Part shown: in pieces, positions 62,274-64,000 of the stretch | Numbering within the stretch: the stretch's first letter is position 1 | Layout of the letters: every line of letters begins with the position of its first letter | Source of the DNA: Gammaproteobacteria bacterium | GTDB taxonomy: Bacteria; Pseudomonadota; Gammaproteobacteria; Eutrophobiales; Eutrophobiaceae | Direction: 5' to 3' | DNA: 64,000 bases | Assembly (NCBI GenBank): GCA_965243205.1 | Contig: CBDEUK010000002.1 | Location: forward strand, 2,080,001 to 2,144,000 | Translations under genes and position numbers: made by a program | Notes under the pieces: generated by a model | Told to the model about the DNA's origin: nothing | What the model saw: only the letters and a program-made list of their open reading frames with translations | Database searches by the model: none

Positions 62274-63575
62274 ATGATGATTAAATTTAATAAAGTTTTA
62301 TCGACTTTCACCGCGTCAGCTGTGATGTTAGTCGGCTTAGTATCAACTACCCATGCGATGGATGTACCAACAATTAAATCTTCGGAGTTAATGACTGGAC
62401 TTGAAAATCCTTGGGATATGGCTTTTTTACCTGATGGCACAATGTTTTTTACAGAAAAATGTAAAGGCCTTTCAGTCAGAACAACATCGGGTGATGTAAA
62501 CGCGCTATATGGAATGAAGGATTCTAAAGGTTATAAAAGTTCTGGTAGCGATCTTTTCTGTGACGGTCAAGCAGGTATGTTAGGAGTTGTTCCTGATAGA
62601 AACTTTGCTGATAATCGCACACTCTACGTCTATTCAACTTCTACCAAATATCATGGCGATGGTTGTAAAACCAATTTTGAACGATGTGATGGAAACATCG
62701 TTATGAGATTTAAAGTCAGTACAGATCTTAAGAGTGTTTCTGACCGTACCGATATCGTTAAAGATATTCAATATAAACCGTTCAAGTCTAATCAACCATT
62801 TGGTGGCCCTGGTGCACATAATGGTGGTCGATTACGCATTGGGCCAGGGGGATACCTTTGGGTAACGGGTGGTGATCGTCATAGAGGTGTTTGTCCACAA
62901 GATCCTAAGTTACTGTGCGGTAAAGTACTAAGGATTGATGGTAATGGTAATGCACACCCTGATAATAATCCTCCTGCTGGTTTCGATAGCCGTATCTACA
63001 CTTATGGACATCGTAATGTTCAAGGTATCGATTTTCGTCCAAGCGATGGCCGAGCATTCACCTCTGAACATGGGCCTTGGCATAACGATGAAATTACTGC
63101 ATTAGTAAATGGTGGTAATGCGGGTTGGGATCCTAAAGAAAAAACAGCTGGTAGAAGCGCATGCCCAGATCAATATTGTGGTTATGAGCCGAATCAAATG
63201 GAAGCTGTTGATCCTGCTGTACGCTCAGCCTATACACCTATGAGTGATACACGCTTTGATGATTTAATGCCAGCTGCTTGGAATAACAATGGTTTTTCTC
63301 AAGGTACTGGTTCTGCCGCATTCTTAAAAGGTAGTAACTGGGGTATTTATGAAGGTCGTTTAACCGTTGGTATCATGGGTATTGCTTTTGGTGATACTCC
63401 AGCGGGTTCACGTATCGACATCATCGACTTATCTACGGATGGTTTAGGAATCAAAAACATTACACGTATGCCACTTGGTTTCACAAAACGTTTCCGTGGT
63501 CTAGTAATGGGCCCAGATAATGCGTTGTATGCAGCTACTGACGAAGGTGAAATTTATAAAATCACCGCTGAATAA
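62274..63575 (+). CDS. PQQ-dependent sugar dehydrogenase (sGDH/Asd beta-propeller family)
   Basis: Signal peptide (THA|), PWDMAFLPDG, HNGGR, GKVLRID, YGHRNVQG, SEHGP..DEI, RFR. Confidence 0.9.
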   Translation: MMIKFNKVLSTFTASAVMLVGLVSTTHAMDVPTIKSSELMTGLENPWDMAFLPDGTMFFTEKCKGLSVRTTSGDVNALYGMKDSKGYKSSGSDLFCDGQAGMLGVVPDRNFADNRTLYVYSTSTKYHGDGCKTNFERCDGNIVMRFKVSTDLKSVSDRTDIVKDIQYKPFKSNQPFGGPGAHNGGRLRIGPGGYLWVTGGDRHRGVCPQDPKLLCGKVLRIDGNGNAHPDNNPPAGFDSRIYTYGHRNVQGIDFRPSDGRAFTSEHGPWHNDEITALVNGGNAGWDPKEKTAGRSACPDQYCGYEPNQMEAVDPAVRSAYTPMSDTRFDDLMPAAWNNNGFSQGTGSAAFLKGSNWGIYEGRLTVGIMGIAFGDTPAGSRIDIIDLSTDGLGIKNITRMPLGFTKRFRGLVMGPDNALYAATDEGEIYKITAE

Positions 63576-63590
63576 GCAGTAACTAACTAT

Positions 63591-63630
63591 AATAAATACT
63601 CGCGTTATGAAAGTAGCGCGGGTATTTATT
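63591..63630. terminator. Bidirectional terminator-like hairpin
   Basis: AATAAATACTCGCGTTA-loop-TAGCGCGGGTATTTATT between convergent genes. Confidence 0.8.
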
Positions 63631-63661
63631 TCTATAAAAAATTTGATAAATGTTAGGTAAG

Positions 63662-64000
63662 TTATTCCTTACACAGAATATTAGCGAGTTGTATAGTAGA
63701 GGAATTTATATCGATAGTTTTCTTTGGCTTTTCTTTAGTATCAGTTGCCATTGCCGGTGTGGTCCAGTTCTTATCGATATAAAATGTGCTTTCTAATGTT
63801 GTTTCAGAATACTCGGAGCAATCAATTTTTATCAAACTTTGATAGCTTGAGGCAGCCATTACAGAAGTTTTGTATCGAACTCTATTCCAAACGTTAACAA
63901 AGTTACCATTCTTTTGTACGCGAGCATTATCGAAGAAAAAGATATCTCCATTTGCCTTAGTTAAATACTCTATCCAATCAGCCATCGAGCTACACGAGAA
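63662..64000 (-). CDS. Secreted protein, surface-adhesin-E-like (5' end outside window)
   Basis: Frame open to the window edge (FSCSSMA|DW.. signal cleavage); W...FFD...VW...IDC...C pattern. Confidence 0.6.
   Translation of the reverse strand, partial: FSCSSMADWIEYLTKANGDIFFFDNARVQKNGNFVNVWNRVRYKTSVMAASSYQSLIKIDCSEYSETTLESTFYIDKNWTTPAMATDTKEKPKKTIDINSSTIQLANILCKE

Noticed and set aside
1-64000. CRISPR arrays, tRNA/rRNA genes, IS elements, integrases, DNA-uptake repeats
   Set aside because: None seen; intergenic regions are short and no recurring spaced repeat or recombinase ORF was found by eye

Overview
AT-rich chromosomal segment of a non-enterobacterial gammaproteobacterium, almost all core genes. 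In order: pyrC'(partial)-pyrB-pyrR-ruvX-yqgE-TSUP; slt-NDUFA9-like-cca; a complete dcw cluster (mraZ to ftsZ, lpxC); dciA, M23 peptidase, secA, argJ, MutT-ThiE fusion; yacG-zapD-coaE-pilDCB; clpB, an antenna-type glutamate dehydrogenase, pgeF-rluD/bamD, nadE; pilS/pilA/pilR; plsC-glySQ. An accessory tail follows: a hypothetical protein plus a His-less Hpt protein, a sigma54 two-component system with an OFA transporter, a cytochrome c plus a PQQ dehydrogenase, and a truncated secreted protein. I saw no rRNA, tRNA, CRISPR array, IS or integrase. The most notable observation is that the pilR-pilA block is flipped relative to pilS and bounded by an exact 8-bp inverted repeat; re-inverting it restores a pilS-pilR operon and leaves plsC intact. 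Other highlights: a long structured pilA leader, PilB without its Zn-binding cysteines, a pseudo-Hpt, a probable ATT-initiated cytochrome c, and a fully mappable sigma54 regulatory unit for the OFA transporter. All motif and family calls were made by eye, without database searches.
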